From positions 83,328,001 through 83,392,000 of the forward strand of contig OX597814.1 in assembly GCA_951406725.2 (NCBI GenBank): a stretch of DNA of 64,000 nucleotides, written 5' to 3'. The position numbers were made by a program, and so were the translations under genes. Below are positions 12,410 to 24,639 of this stretch, in pieces. Within the stretch, counting starts at the first letter, position 1, and each line of letters opens with the position of its first letter. Origin of the DNA: Octopus vulgaris (Eukaryota). The notes under the pieces were generated by a model. The model searched no databases. It had not been told where the DNA came from and worked only from the letters and a program-made list of their open reading frames with translations.

Positions 12410-13290
12410 CTACCTTTGTCCCATTCTCATTCTTACACTTTGTACTGTTTCATTGTTACTATTCTGTAATTATTCACTGCAATGCATCATTAGTCATACA
12501 CACATATCCTTTGTCCAGTCTCTAAATATGTCACCAACTCTTCCCTAACTTCCCTTCTTATCCCTCAAGACATGTTCTTTATTTCTTATATCAACCCCCT
12601 CACCACACCCCTCTCTTAATTTCTCATACACTCTTGCAACCTCTACCTACCTACACTCCCCATCCTTCTGTGCTCTATTCCCACTCACTTCTACTCACCT
12701 TGTACATTGAGGATCCACACAGACACCTCATCACTACAATTTTCATCTCTTCATTCCTGACATCCACAGCCTCTTTTCTAAAATGCGAATAGCCCCTTCA
12801 ACAAGAAACCTTTTCTAACCTAGTCCCTGCTCTCAAATTTAACCCTTTTGTTACTGTATTTATTTTGAGATGCTCTGTGTTTCTTTCAATTACTTTAATT
12901 ATAACAAAGAATTAAGTAAAATAACTTCAGCTAGTGTTAAGAACATAAATTGTAACTAAGGTTTGGTGGAAGATTTTAATTCAAAACTTATGAAAACAGG
13001 ACATTTGTACTCAGAGCCAGTTTCAGCTGGGTTGGTAACGAAAGGGCTAAACACCTCATCTCCTCTAGGGATCTGTAGTCTTACAAGGTGCATAGCAAAC
13101 TCACTAGTGCTGATGCCACAAAAAAATAAAATAACTAATATATGCTGTAAAGTTGTTGATGTTAGGAAGGGCCTCTGGTTGTAGAAACCATTCCAAAGTA
13201 GTCAGTAGAGCACAAAGCAGTCTTTCTACTTGTTAGACAAACCATCCACCCTATGCCAACATGGGACATGAACTTTAAATGATGGCAAAT
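12410..13290 (+). mobile_element. Non-autonomous retroelement with C/T-rich body and RTE-like 3' tail, interrupted by a MITE
   Basis: Pyrimidine-rich body, then CTTACAAG..CTCACTAGTGCTGaTGCCAC..TGTAAAGT.GTTG.tGTTAGGAAGGGC..CTATGCCAaCATGG..TTAAATGATG. The same layout occurs at 38225, 39400 and 50160. Confidence 0.6.
12843..13047 (+). mobile_element. piggyBac-type MITE, family 2
   Basis: TTAA-CCCTTTTGTTAC ... GTAACGAAAGGG-CTAA. Related copies at about 5685-5900, 52600-52825 and 55273-55503. Confidence 0.8.
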
Positions 13291-13837
13291 ATGATTATGA
13301 TACACACTCACATACAAATATGTATAAATTTACATGCACACATATTTATATACACATAATCATACATAGGTGTATATACTTCTAAACACACACATACATA
13401 AATATATGTATCTGCAAAACTATACAAGAATGTTGATGGGTAAATAATGTGTGTGTGTGTGTATGAATAATGTGATAGAATCATTTATGCATCGGTTAGA
13501 AAATGCCTTAAAGTAAAAATCCCACCTACATCAACTTTGCCTTTCATCCTTTCAGGATTGATAAGCTCAAGTACCAGCATAGATTCATTCATAGAATGAC
13601 TGACAGATAATATCTGACATGACATCTACTTTTGTTATTTGGAATTAAAAATCTGCCCCCTGGCACTAGGAAAATAAAATCCATGTATTTTTGAGATTCA
13701 GTAAAAATGGCAATAGGCCCGGGAAGTCCTAAAGCAGGTACCTAAGTATTTCAGTGAATTTCTCCCAATTTCATCATATCAGGTGCCAAAAGAGAACAAG
13801 CAAGGAATTTCAAGTCCTTTAACTCAACCAACAAGTG

Positions 13838-13868
<31 letters not shown>

Positions 13869-14402
13869 CATACATGATACATATATATGTATACATACAT
13901 ATATATCTGCATCACTCTCTCTCTCTCTCTTTCTATATATATATATATATACACACACACACATATATATATATATACATACACATATGCAGACATATAT
14001 ACTTATATACGACTCTGTGTGTGTGTGTGTTCATATGTGTGTATGTTAGATTTGGAGTTGTTGATCAATTTATAGAGAAACAACAAAAACAACATTGAAA
14101 TATATTTATCATTTTGAGTTGATAGGAGCTTCAGTTTTCATCTTGTCAGCTTCTTCAGCCAAGTGAAAGAACAAACTGATCGGGAGAAAGTTAAAGTCTC
14201 TGTCAAATCAAAATGATTAATAAACTGGACTTTAGACTTTGTTCTATAAATTGATCAACTCTGAATACACCAAACACATACACCAAAACACACACACACA
14301 CACGTGTGTGTATATGAATACATATAAAATGTGTACATATCTGTATGTATATGTGTATACATCTGTAAATATATATAAATATCCATATGTTTTTATAAAT
14401 GC

Positions 14403-14450
<48 letters not shown>

Positions 14451-14494
14451 CACGCATACATAGATACATATCTAGATATATACAAACATAAATA

Positions 14495-14652
14495 TACAAG
14501 AAGGTGCTGAAAAGTTCCTGGCTTTAAGAGTATTATGAAAGGCTTGGTTGAAGGTCTAACCTTCCAAGTTCTTTTACAAGGCTTAAAAAAAACTGAAGTG
14601 TGTGAATCTCAGAGGAAATATGTTGAATGAAATCAAAATTAGCTGATCCTCC
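14495..14652 (+). mobile_element. Mariner-derived non-autonomous remnant
   Basis: TA-CAAGAAGGTGCTGAAAAGTTCCTGGC mariner-type TIR start. Residual transposase C-terminus FFLQGLKK..KCVNLRG(K)YVE*. Confidence 0.65.
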
Positions 14653-14662
14653 TGTGTGTGTG

Positions 14663-14710
<48 letters not shown>

Positions 14711-14966
14711 TTAAATGTATACATATACATACACAAACACACTGACGTGCACACACTTACATGTACATACATAATTAGTCATGTTTTCTGTGGAGACTTC
14801 AATTTAGTCAATATTTAGACACTCTCAGCTAAAAAACCTAAAGCACCCAATGTGCCCCATACATGCACTCACACATACACATATAAGCATACATATATGC
14901 ATGTGTGTGCGTGTGTAAGTCATCTAAGAGTCCATATATCTATCAATTGAGTGGGTATATTAATTG

Positions 14967-15122
14967 AAGTGTAGAGTATTATATATCCATTACAGCCTAT
15001 CTTACCAATTAATTTTGCACTAGGGATACAACGGAGCATTAGGTAACAGTCCCTAGTGGAATTCATTGTGTAAAACCGATTGGTAAGATCAGCTATAATG
15101 GATATATAATACTGTACACTTT
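14967..15122. repeat. Long imperfect inverted repeat (fold-back)
   Basis: AAGTGTAGAGTATTATATATCCATTACAGCCTATCTTACCAAT..TTTTGCAC pairs with GTGTAAAA..ATTGGTAAGATCAGCTATAATGGATATATAATACTGTACACTT. Inner pair CACTAGGGA/TCCCTAGTG. Confidence 0.9.
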
Positions 15123-15669
15123 GATTTTACATATACACATATTCTAGACATACAATTGTGTGTATGTATATTGATATGTAACAATCCACAGAAAGTTTAT
15201 TCAATACATACATAAAGTGCAATCGTTTATTTTTAAGCCTGCCCAAAAGCCTGTTTGTTACACTGGAGTGTGAGGAAATAACTGAAGTTATTTAACTAAA
15301 TTTATAGCTAGATTTAGACCATGGGCCAAGATGCTTGCACTTTGGCCTGGGGTAGAGGTGCTTATACCTTAAAGTGAAATTATTCGATTTAGTTATAATA
15401 TTAATAACTGTTACTCCAATTACAGTTTATGTGGATTGAATGTTCACCAATGAAAGTTTAATGATACTTGGATTGATTGTCCAGTCAGTCTCACTTTTAC
15501 TGTCAAAAGTGAAGTTGTATATACATGACAGATGCTTACAATTGTCTCATGTATCTAATAATTTCAATTAAGTCATAAATGCAATGACAGATAAAATCTA
15601 TTGCTATATCGTATTCTATGATTTCAGTACAAAAAGAAAATACACAGCAAATTACCAAATTTACAGATA

Positions 15670-16045
15670 GGCACAAACATGGTTTTTTGGTTAAGAAGCT
15701 TACTTCCTAACCACATTCTCTTTGGTTCAGTATGGCGCCTTGGGCATGACAACTTTTGTTATCACCCCAGGTTAACCAAAGCCTTGTGAGTGGATTTGGT
15801 AGACAGAAACTGAAAAAAGATCATCATTTCTGTGTGTGTGTTTGTCTGTCTTTGTATTTCTATTGTTTGTTGGCAACTGGTGTTGGTTTGTTTATGCCCC
15901 CATAACTTAGCAGTTTGGCAAAAAAGACTGATAGAATAAGTACCAGACTTAAAAAAGTTCTGGGATCCTTTTTTACGTCTAAAACTTTCAAAGGCAGTGC
16001 TTCAGGATGGCTGCAGTCCAATGAGTGAAACAGATAAAAAACTAA
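15670..16045 (+). mobile_element. SINE family B
   Basis: Head, body and tail motifs as at 5955. Confidence 0.88.
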
Positions 16046-16164
16046 AAGCCAAATTATTATATATAATTGAAATTTTCAAGTTATACATAAAAAGTTAACC
16101 CTTTTCTCCAAGGCAATTTTATAAATTTTGTCCTAAACATTCATGCTTGTTTTCAGACTGTTAA

Positions 16165-16328
16165 CCCTTGTTTCATTTGTTCTGAATAATAAAAAGCTCT
16201 CCTTTCATATGTCTCAAATTATTCTGGTGGTTGAATAAAATTTGGGAATATATATCATACATGATGTATGGACACCTGGGGAATATGTCCTGTGAATCAC
16301 ATGTGTGATACATAGGACAGGCAAAGGG
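16165..16328. mobile_element. piggyBac-type MITE, third family
   Basis: TTAACCCTTG ... GGCAAAGGGTTAA termini. Confidence 0.5.
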
Positions 16329-16700
16329 TTAAACAAATGCTAAAATACTGACCGAGTATATTTAAATATTAATTGCTAAAACTCACAAGTTAGTGATAGG
16401 GCTGCCACAGTGTTTTTAACAGTTATACTAAAAGCTTAGACCTCAATATATTAAATAAATCAACTATAAAAGTTAGCTTAAATTCTGATTAAACTTGATT
16501 CAAATTCATCAAACTTTGCTCTTGCAAGAGGACTCTAGCAATTGCCTTTCCTTTCCCCTCTATAAATTTGCCTCGTTTTATATATTTATATCTATGTATA
16601 TATACAAAAATGTGAGTGGGCAAATGAAAGAAAATAGCACCCAGCACATCTAGTAGGAGTTATGTGTATTATTAAATAATAATGTATGTGTGTGTGTGTG

Positions 16701-16871
16701 TGTATTAACAAAAAGGTGATAGGATTTTGGATAAAAATTATTTATTTAGTGCTTTCATCTCTTTTGAGAAATTCATTGTGAATCATTCATGATGGATCTC
16801 TCAAAATATATGAAAGTGCTAAACAAATAATTTTTATCCAAAATCCTGACTACCTCCTTTTTCTTAATACA
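16701..16871. repeat. Near-perfect 170-bp palindrome (MITE-like fold-back)
   Basis: AGGATTTTGGATAAAAATTATTT.TTTAG..CTTTCAT...TTTTGAGA.AT.CAT..TGAAT is mirrored around about 16784. Outer ends TGTATTAA/TTAATACA. Confidence 0.92.
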
Positions 16872-16897
16872 TAAAGTCTGTCCACCACTCCAAAAAG

Positions 16898-17051
<154 letters not shown>

Positions 17052-17586
17052 TTTCGGGTATGAACATGGTTTTAATACTAACTAAAGTAATGCATATTTC
17101 AAGAAGTATTTATTAAATCTATTTATTTATGACTAAATTAACGAGATGTAATTCTATTTCAGTACCATAATTTATGCAATACACGCACATATATATTTAA
17201 AAAGGAGGTGAGAAAGAGAGATTCATCTTTGTATCTTTGTTTATAATAACTATATTTATTTAAGAGTCTATCTATATTTCATGGGTGTGTGTGTGTGTAT
17301 TTATGTATATATAATGTGCGTGTGTGTGTCTGTCTGTAAGATTCTTTACATTTGCTCTCTAAGAAAGTCTTCAGCTATGATTGGTATTTTTGTCCCTTCT
17401 CTTAGTGAGTTTTGAGATTTCTTTGAGCCTTTGAAGGCATGTGAAATATAAGATCTCTTACTTAAATATCATATATGGGCCAGCATGCAGCTATAAAACT
17501 AAATCCTGATAATACATATTTATCGAAAACTGATGTAAAGATAAACAAATGAATGAATACACATGCTGCTACACACACATACACAA

Positions 17587-18065
17587 ATGGAGGAAACATG
17601 TGGAAGGAGTAGCTCCAGGAAGATGTGGGACAATGTGATGAGAATGAATCTTCAGATGTCATGCCTCATAGAGGGGATGACAGGAGACTGAGATTCTTGG
17701 CAGTTTGCTATGCCTGAGAAGACACATCAAGCTAAGTAAAATCATGGTTGTCCTTGCATATAGGCATGTCCTCTGCATCCCTCTTCAGTTGTGCATTCTT
17801 AATCTTGCAGGCTCATGGGTGCTGGTGCCATGTAAAAAGCACCCGTGCCAGTGCCACTTAAGGGCACCTGTGCTGGTGCTGCATAAAAGCACTCAGTACA
17901 CACTGTAAAGTGGTTGGTGTTAGGAATAGCATCCAGCCATAAAAACCATGCCAAATCATACATGGAGCCTAGGCACCTCTTTAGCTAGCCAGCCTCTGTT
18001 AAACTGTCCAAACTATGCCAGCAAGGAAAATGAATGTGAAATGATGATGCGAATGTTGATGATGA
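17587..18065 (+). mobile_element. RTE LINE 3' end (degenerate ORF C-terminus, 3' UTR and (ATG)n tail)
   Basis: Translates as EETCGRSSSRKMWDNVMRMNLQ..EGMTGD*DSWQFAM, aligning with the C-terminus of the RTE at 21.9-22.1 kb. Ends ATGATGATG. Confidence 0.8.
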
Positions 18066-18356
18066 TATATATATACATGTGTGTGCGTTTTTACATAAAA
18101 ACTGCTGACATCATGTCTGCAAGAGGTGTTGGTTCAAGTCCTACAGAGCAACCTTGGACTTTTCTTTTATTGAAAATTATTTCCAACCCAATATTTACAT
18201 GCTATCATCTATAGCTTTATCATCTACTTTGAGATTAGCTATTTTAAAAAAATACATATATCTGTGTGTGTATGTGTGAAATTTGTCATTGTTCTGCTTG
18301 GTTTTCACCAGAATACCATGACTGATGAGGATAGCATTAATTCTCTAGGTTGTTCA

Positions 18357-18857
18357 ATTTTTCTCAACCGATCAATGGGCTGATTGAGTAAACTAATCAA
18401 TGACTGAAGCTATAATGGCTATCAGAAACAACTGTAAGTCAAACTTACTATAATAAAAGAATATATAATGACAGTTGTTTATACTTTGTCATATATTTAT
18501 ACGTGTGTGTATGTGTGTATGCATAGTGAAGTCACATGGTTCAGTGGTTAGAGCATCGAGCTTACGATTGGGAGGTTGTGAGTTCAATTCCCAGACCAGG
18601 CTACATGTTGTGTTCTTGAGCAAGACACTTTATTTCATGTTGCTCCAGTTCACTCAGCTGTAGAAATGAGTTGCGACATCACAGGTGCCAAGCTGTATCG
18701 GCCGTTGCTTTTCCCTTGGATAACACTGGTGGCATGGAGAGGGGAGGCTGGTGTGAATGGGCGACTGCTGGTCTTCCATAAACAACCTTGCCTGCATTTG
18801 TGCCTGGTTGGGTAACTTCCTAGGTGCAATCCCACGGTCATGACCGAAGGTGGTCTC
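18357..18857 (+). repeat. Duplicated block copy 1: about 170 bp unique flank plus a family-A SINE (18530-18857)
   Basis: Near-identical to 20576-21058 in the flank and the SINE 5' part. Confidence 0.9.
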
Positions 18858-18914
18858 AGAGATAGTGTACGCGTGTGTGTGTTTCTACATAAAAACTACT
18901 AACATCATGTCTAA

Positions 18915-19092
18915 ATGTAAAAAGCACTCAGTCCACTCAGCTGGGTGATTGGTGTTAGGAAGGACATCCAACCATAAAATCATGCCAAAACAGACACAGT
19001 AGCCTGGTGTAGTTCTCTATGTGCCCACCTCCTGTCAAACCATCCAGCCCCTGCCAGCATGGAAGGTGGATGTTAAATGATGATGATGATGT
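18915..19092 (+). mobile_element. RTE-tail fragment (family E)
   Basis: TGTTAGGAAGGaCATCCAaCC..CCAGCATGGAAGgTGGAtGTTAAATGATGATGATG. Confidence 0.8.
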
Positions 19093-19746
19093 ATTCTTTA
19101 TTTCTTTATGTGATTCCATCACTGGACTGCAGCCAACATGCACACACACACACAGAGTTTGATACATAGTAATAAATTTATATAGTATTCATGGATATAT
19201 TGATATCTTTATATCTTTGGATGTATTTGTATTTAGATGGAAGCAGAAAAGGTTTAATTATGGATATGGCAGCCAATATATAAGAGAAGGCTGAAAGATG
19301 AGAGTGAAAATTACTCCTTTGCAAAACTTAAAAGAAAATAATTGTTGGATGTTTGCAGCCACCTCTCTTTTAATAAGGTAGTTGCATGAATAACAGCTGT
19401 AAACAAATGCAGTCTAAAAGAATTTGCATGTTACTTAAAAGCTCCAATGCCTCTCAGCACTGGCTCTGAATGGTGTCAAAATCTTGTTATCTCCATTTGA
19501 GATATGATTGATGGGAATGTCCCAGAGTGTAAGATGTTAATAAAATGTGTGTATGTAAAATGAATGTATGCATGCATGTATACAATTGTAGGTGTGTGTG
19601 TGTAATTTTAATTTCTCTATCACTTTTGGAAAAGGATCTGTAAATTTCATACACACCCATAGATATATATCTTCATGTGTGTGCATGTGTATGCATGTAT
19701 GTGAGTTGATGATGATGATATATGTGTAGATATATGTATATATGTA

Positions 19747-19977
19747 TTGGGTTGGTGCATAATTATTTTTCAACAAAAGCAATAACAACATGTAACAAAA
19801 ACATCTTTAAATGATTATTCCGGAGCATATTCACCATCTACTTCAATTACTGCTTCCCATTTACTTGGCAAATGGTCAGACCATCATTTAAAGATGTTTT
19901 TCTTAAATATTGTTATTGTTTTTGTTGAATAAAATAAATTTGTTGAAAAAAGCCGCAATAATTTTGCACCAACCCAA
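19747..19977 (-). mobile_element. Mariner MITE (internally deleted) with TA target-site duplication
   Basis: TA-TTGGGTTGGTGCA...TGCACCAACCCAA-TA TIRs resembling Hsmar1/MADE1 ends. The internal minus-strand remnant LPSKWEAVIEVDGEYAPE* is a mariner transposase C-terminus. Confidence 0.9.
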
Positions 19978-20007
19978 TATATGTGCAGATGTGTATATAT
20001 ATATATA

Positions 20008-20055
<48 letters not shown>

Positions 20056-20575
20056 CACTTACACAAAGAAAGAGAGAGAAGGTCATACCTGGTGTGGACT
20101 GATGAATGGATGTATATAATATTAAACACACATGTACTCATCAATTTTTAGTGATTTCTTCTCTATGTCAATCCTATAAAGAGAATCTTCAGTGATGTGA
20201 TAAATTTAATATTTAGTTTTGATGGTACTTAGTCTTTTGTTTAGCTGCCTTCATTTTTCTCTGTCACTTCCTGGTCAGTGTTAGAAATAAACAGAACTTA
20301 AAGCAGGTGGACAACCAAAAAATATTTAATAAATTTGCTAAATTTGCTACATAATGCAAGTCTTTAATGACAACTTGCAGTTCTGTTTTATTGTGTAACT
20401 TCATTGACAAGACGTTCATTGTGATGGTGAACTGATTGCTTACCTAGATTTATATATTCTATCACAGACAAATTAACATGAGTACACAAATGTGCATGCT
20501 TACACACACAGATATAGCTATTTCCTCACACAATAATATATATACACACACACCTGTATATACATACATGCATAT

Positions 20576-21058
20576 TTTTCTCAACCGATCAATGGGCTGA
20601 TTGAGTAAACTAATCAATGACTGAAGCTATAATGGCTATCAGAAACAACTGTAAGTCAAACTTACTATAATAAAAGAATATGTAATGACAGTTGTTTATA
20701 CTTTGTCATATATTTATACGTGTGTGTATGTGTGTATGCGTAGTGAAGCCACATGGTTCAGTGGTTAGAGCATTGAGCTTACGATCGGGAGGTTGTGAGT
20801 TCAATTCCCAGACCAGGCTGCATGTTGTGTTCTTGAACAATACACTTTATTTCATGTTGCTCCTGTTAACTCAGCTGTAGAAATGAGTTGCAACATCACT
20901 GGTGCCAAGCTGTATTGGCCTTTGCCTTTCCCTTGGATAACATCAATGGTGTGGAGAGGAGAGGTTGGTATGCATGGGCGACTGCTGGTCTTTCACAAAC
21001 GACCTTGCCTGAACTTTAGGTGCAATCCCATGGTCATTCATGACCAAAGGGGGTCTCC
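20576..21058 (+). repeat. Duplicated block copy 2: flank plus family-A SINE (20748-21058)
   Basis: See the block at 18357. Confidence 0.9.
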
Positions 21059-21747
21059 TCCTTAATATATCTAAGGATATATTCTTTCCCTCTCTAAAGA
21101 GATTAAGCTCAGAAATATGATTTTAATATGTGCTTAATTGAAACAGCTGTAAGAGATAATGATCAGTTTCTGCTGATAATAAACTCTTATTAACTTCAAT
21201 ATCTCCATTTTCTTATTCTTCATTTACATGACTATAAACCATGGTTTATATATAAACCTATTATTTTAAGGATATTAACCTCCCCAACAAAAATATTAGG
21301 TATTGAACTAGTATTTCCTTGGATGATACTATCCCTTTATGAAGCTATTAATAACCTCTATTTGAATTATATAGAAATTAAGAAAATCTCAAACAGAAGA
21401 GAATAATTGTAAAAACAGCTTTAGGAAATCTGAAAAAAAAAATCCTATAGATGGAAAAAGTGGCCTGCAGCTACTACAGAGGATCAAAATCTACCTCTTT
21501 ATAGGGTTCAGTTGTCTGTTGTGGCTGCTGGCAACTTTCTGCCCTTCTATTTCTTATCCCATTTTCTAAAGCTACTTTCATTACTATTCTCTCACATTTG
21601 AAATTTTCTTAATTTCTAAAAATATGTCACTCAGTTAGTTGACACTTCCATTTTTGTTTATGAAAATATTCTCTCACTCTCACTCTCTCTCTCTCTCACT
21701 CACTCTCTCTCCCTCTTTCTATGTATGTGTATTTATATTTATATAAT

Positions 21748-23230
21748 CATCATCATCATCTTTTATCGTTTGCCTTCCATGCTGGCATGGGTGGGATGAT
21801 TTGATAAGAGCCAGCCTGGCAGAAGCTTGCACCAGACTTTTGTAACCATTTTGGCTGGATTTTTACAGCCCTTCCTAACACCAACCACTCAGCAGAGTGG
21901 ACTTAGTGTTTTTTACGTGGCTTAAGCACAGACGAGATCAGTTTTGGCAAGGTTTTCACAGCTGGATGCCCTGTCATTGTTATTTCCGCCATGTGGCCCA
22001 GCATCCTGAGATCAGTCCTTACCACTTCGTCCCATGCCTTCCTGGATCTCCCTTTTCCATGGCTACCATCTATTTTCAGTGACTGGCACTTCTTTATGCA
22101 GCTGTCCTCATTCATACTCTTTACATGTCTAAACCAACGTAGTCTTCTCTCTTGATTTGATTCTACACATGCCCAACTTTTCTCTCAATACATTTGCACT
22201 TTGTTGTATATGCATACTGATGTTGCACATTTCTCTCCAGTCTACACGTCTTCTGCATTCAGAGCCCATGTCTCACTACCATGGAGTATAGCCATTCCCA
22301 CACAAGCATCCTATAGTCTACCTTTCACTCTGAGAGAGAATCTTTTGTTGCCAACAGAGATAATAGCTTTCTGAACTTCCTCCACCTAATTCTTATTCTA
22401 GAAACAATACTTTTAGAACATCCTCCACCATTGCTAATTTGATCACCTCGGTAACAGAAACTATCTACAACCTCAAGAGAGCATTTGAGAGAATCTAAGT
22501 CTCATGTGCCCGTAGTGTTTATTGTTTCTGTACATCTGCCACATACAAAGACAACTTTATCTGTTAATCTACCTGTGATTCTATTGCACCTCTTATGTGT
22601 CCATAGTTTACACTGAGTGCAGCGAATAGAATTAATTCCAACTCCTTTCCTACATATTGAGCAGGGCTATTTACCTGATGGAAAGAGAGTTTTATCTTCT
22701 TTCTTACAAACAACAACTTTGGTTTTTGCTAGGTTAAATTTAAGGCCCTTTGATTCCAGGTTTTGTTTCCATACCTGGAATTTCTTCTCCAATTCAGCTA
22801 AAGATTCTGCAATAAGATCAAGGTCATCAGCATGTAGCAGTTCTCATGGGAACCCACTTTTGAATTCCTCAGTTATGGTCTGGAGGACTATAAGGAATAT
22901 GAGTTGGCTGAGAACTGAGCACTGGTGAACCCCTACCTGTAGGCTAAATTCACCACTGTATTGACAGCAGCATTGTACATGACTTGTTCAGCTCTAACAA
23001 GCCACTCCTCTACTACTAACTTCCTTAAGACAGAGCGAGGAACTCTGTTGAAAGCTTTTTCCAGGTCAATAAAGGCTGACTACAATGGCTTACTTTTGGC
23101 CAAGTACTTTTCCTACAGCTGTCTCACTAAGATGGCATCTGTGGTACTCTTCCCAGGTACAAAACCAAACTGCATCTCATCTAGTTTAATTCTATTTCTA
23201 ATCAATTGAGCTATAACCCTCTCAGTAACT
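21748..23230 (-). pseudogene. 5'-truncated, decayed RTE-clade LINE: RT with an inserted PHD-like finger, C-terminus, 3' UTR and (ATG)n tail
   Basis: Minus-strand translation: QFGFVPGKSTTDAI..FIDLEKAFNRVP..VGVHQCSVLS..LLHADDL..NLAKTKV..CSIC..CTQC..HKRC..CGRC..LEVVDSFCYRGD..HGSETW..GKGRSRKAWDEVVRTDL. Multiple stops and frameshifts. Confidence 0.92.
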
Positions 23231-23243
23231 TTAATGCCTCATA

Positions 23244-23246
<3 letters not shown>

Positions 23247-23327
<81 letters not shown>

Positions 23328-23360
23328 TATATATATATACACATATATACATATATATAT
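23247..23360. repeat. (AT)n microsatellite
   Basis: Directly visible. Confidence 0.95.
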
Positions 23361-23454
23361 CTTTGTATGTATGTATGTATGAATGTATACGTGTATTAGC
23401 AATGTTGAAGGGGAAATACTTCAAAGTAATATGCTTGATATAGAGGCACTTCCA

Positions 23455-23797
23455 CTGTTGTGTGGTTACAAAGTTCACTTCACTATCACATGGTTTTAAG
23501 TTCAATTCCACTGTCTGTCATCCCATGGGTGTCTTGTACTATTGCCTCAGGCTAACCAACGGCTTATGTGTGATGGAAAAGAACCCTGACATACACACCT
23601 CCTCATACTCATTCCTAACCTTAACCTTTTAGCATTAAAACCGACCGTATATTCTACCTGTTTTATGTTCAAAACTAGCCAGATCTGGCCTCTCAGACCT
23701 ACCCTTCAATATCATTCTGAAAATAAAAGTCACATCATCATTTTGAAACTGCAAATTAATGCATGGTTAAGTAAAAACAATGGGGATGCTAAAGGGT
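23455..23797 (+). mobile_element. Family-B SINE head (23455-23575) and piggyBac-type MITE family 1 (23621-23797)
   Basis: SINE head motifs; TTAACCTTTTAGCATT...ATGCTAAAGGG. Confidence 0.7.
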
Positions 23798-24639
23798 CGT
23801 TGAAATAGCAAGATATTATAAAATGAGCAGCTTATTTGAAAATTTTGATAAGAAGTTTTTTGAGAGATTTGATTCAGTAACACTGGCCAACTGAACATAG
23901 CAATACAGCAAGAGAAATGAGAAAGTTACCATCAGTCTACTTCAAAGACAAAATCTACTTTAACAACATTGTCTTAATTTTCCAAAATTTTTGTTAAGCT
24001 GATTTTATTGGATCATCTCACTTACGAAGGTAGTCTTAGTTAATTCAAGGTTTGCAACTCACTATATTACACATCACCATTGTTGTTGTTATCATCATCA
24101 TCATCATGACTATTTTTTATGTCCACTTTTTCCATACTGTTGTGGAATGAAGCAGTACTCTGTAGCCAGATAATTATCTTTATGTCAACCTTTGTTTTCA
24201 GGTAAAGTGCTTTATTCCATGTCTTCACATTGAACTGCTGTTGAGCTGCCAGACTTTTTGTTTATGTAGGACAAAAAGCATTATTGCTGCTCGAGTGGTG
24301 ACAATGTGGAGACAAACACTTGCACAGACATATGCACACACACACACACACACACATGTGCACATTTATGTGTGTGTGTGTGTGTGTATTTTCATCTCAC
24401 CAAATGGAAAGTAGACATATTACTCCATTTCAACAACTATCTTTAAGGTCAGGAGGATGTGTGTTTGTCAAAGTTTTGTTCCTCTCATGAAATTTGTAAG
24501 AGAACCCAAACAACAAAAGTGTGATTTTCAAATTTATTTACAATTTACACTTATTTCTGTTGAATAGAAATGTTTATAAGGTGACTGTTAATGCCACCGC
24601 CTCATCATGAAAATGGAAATAAATATGAAACTTAGAATA

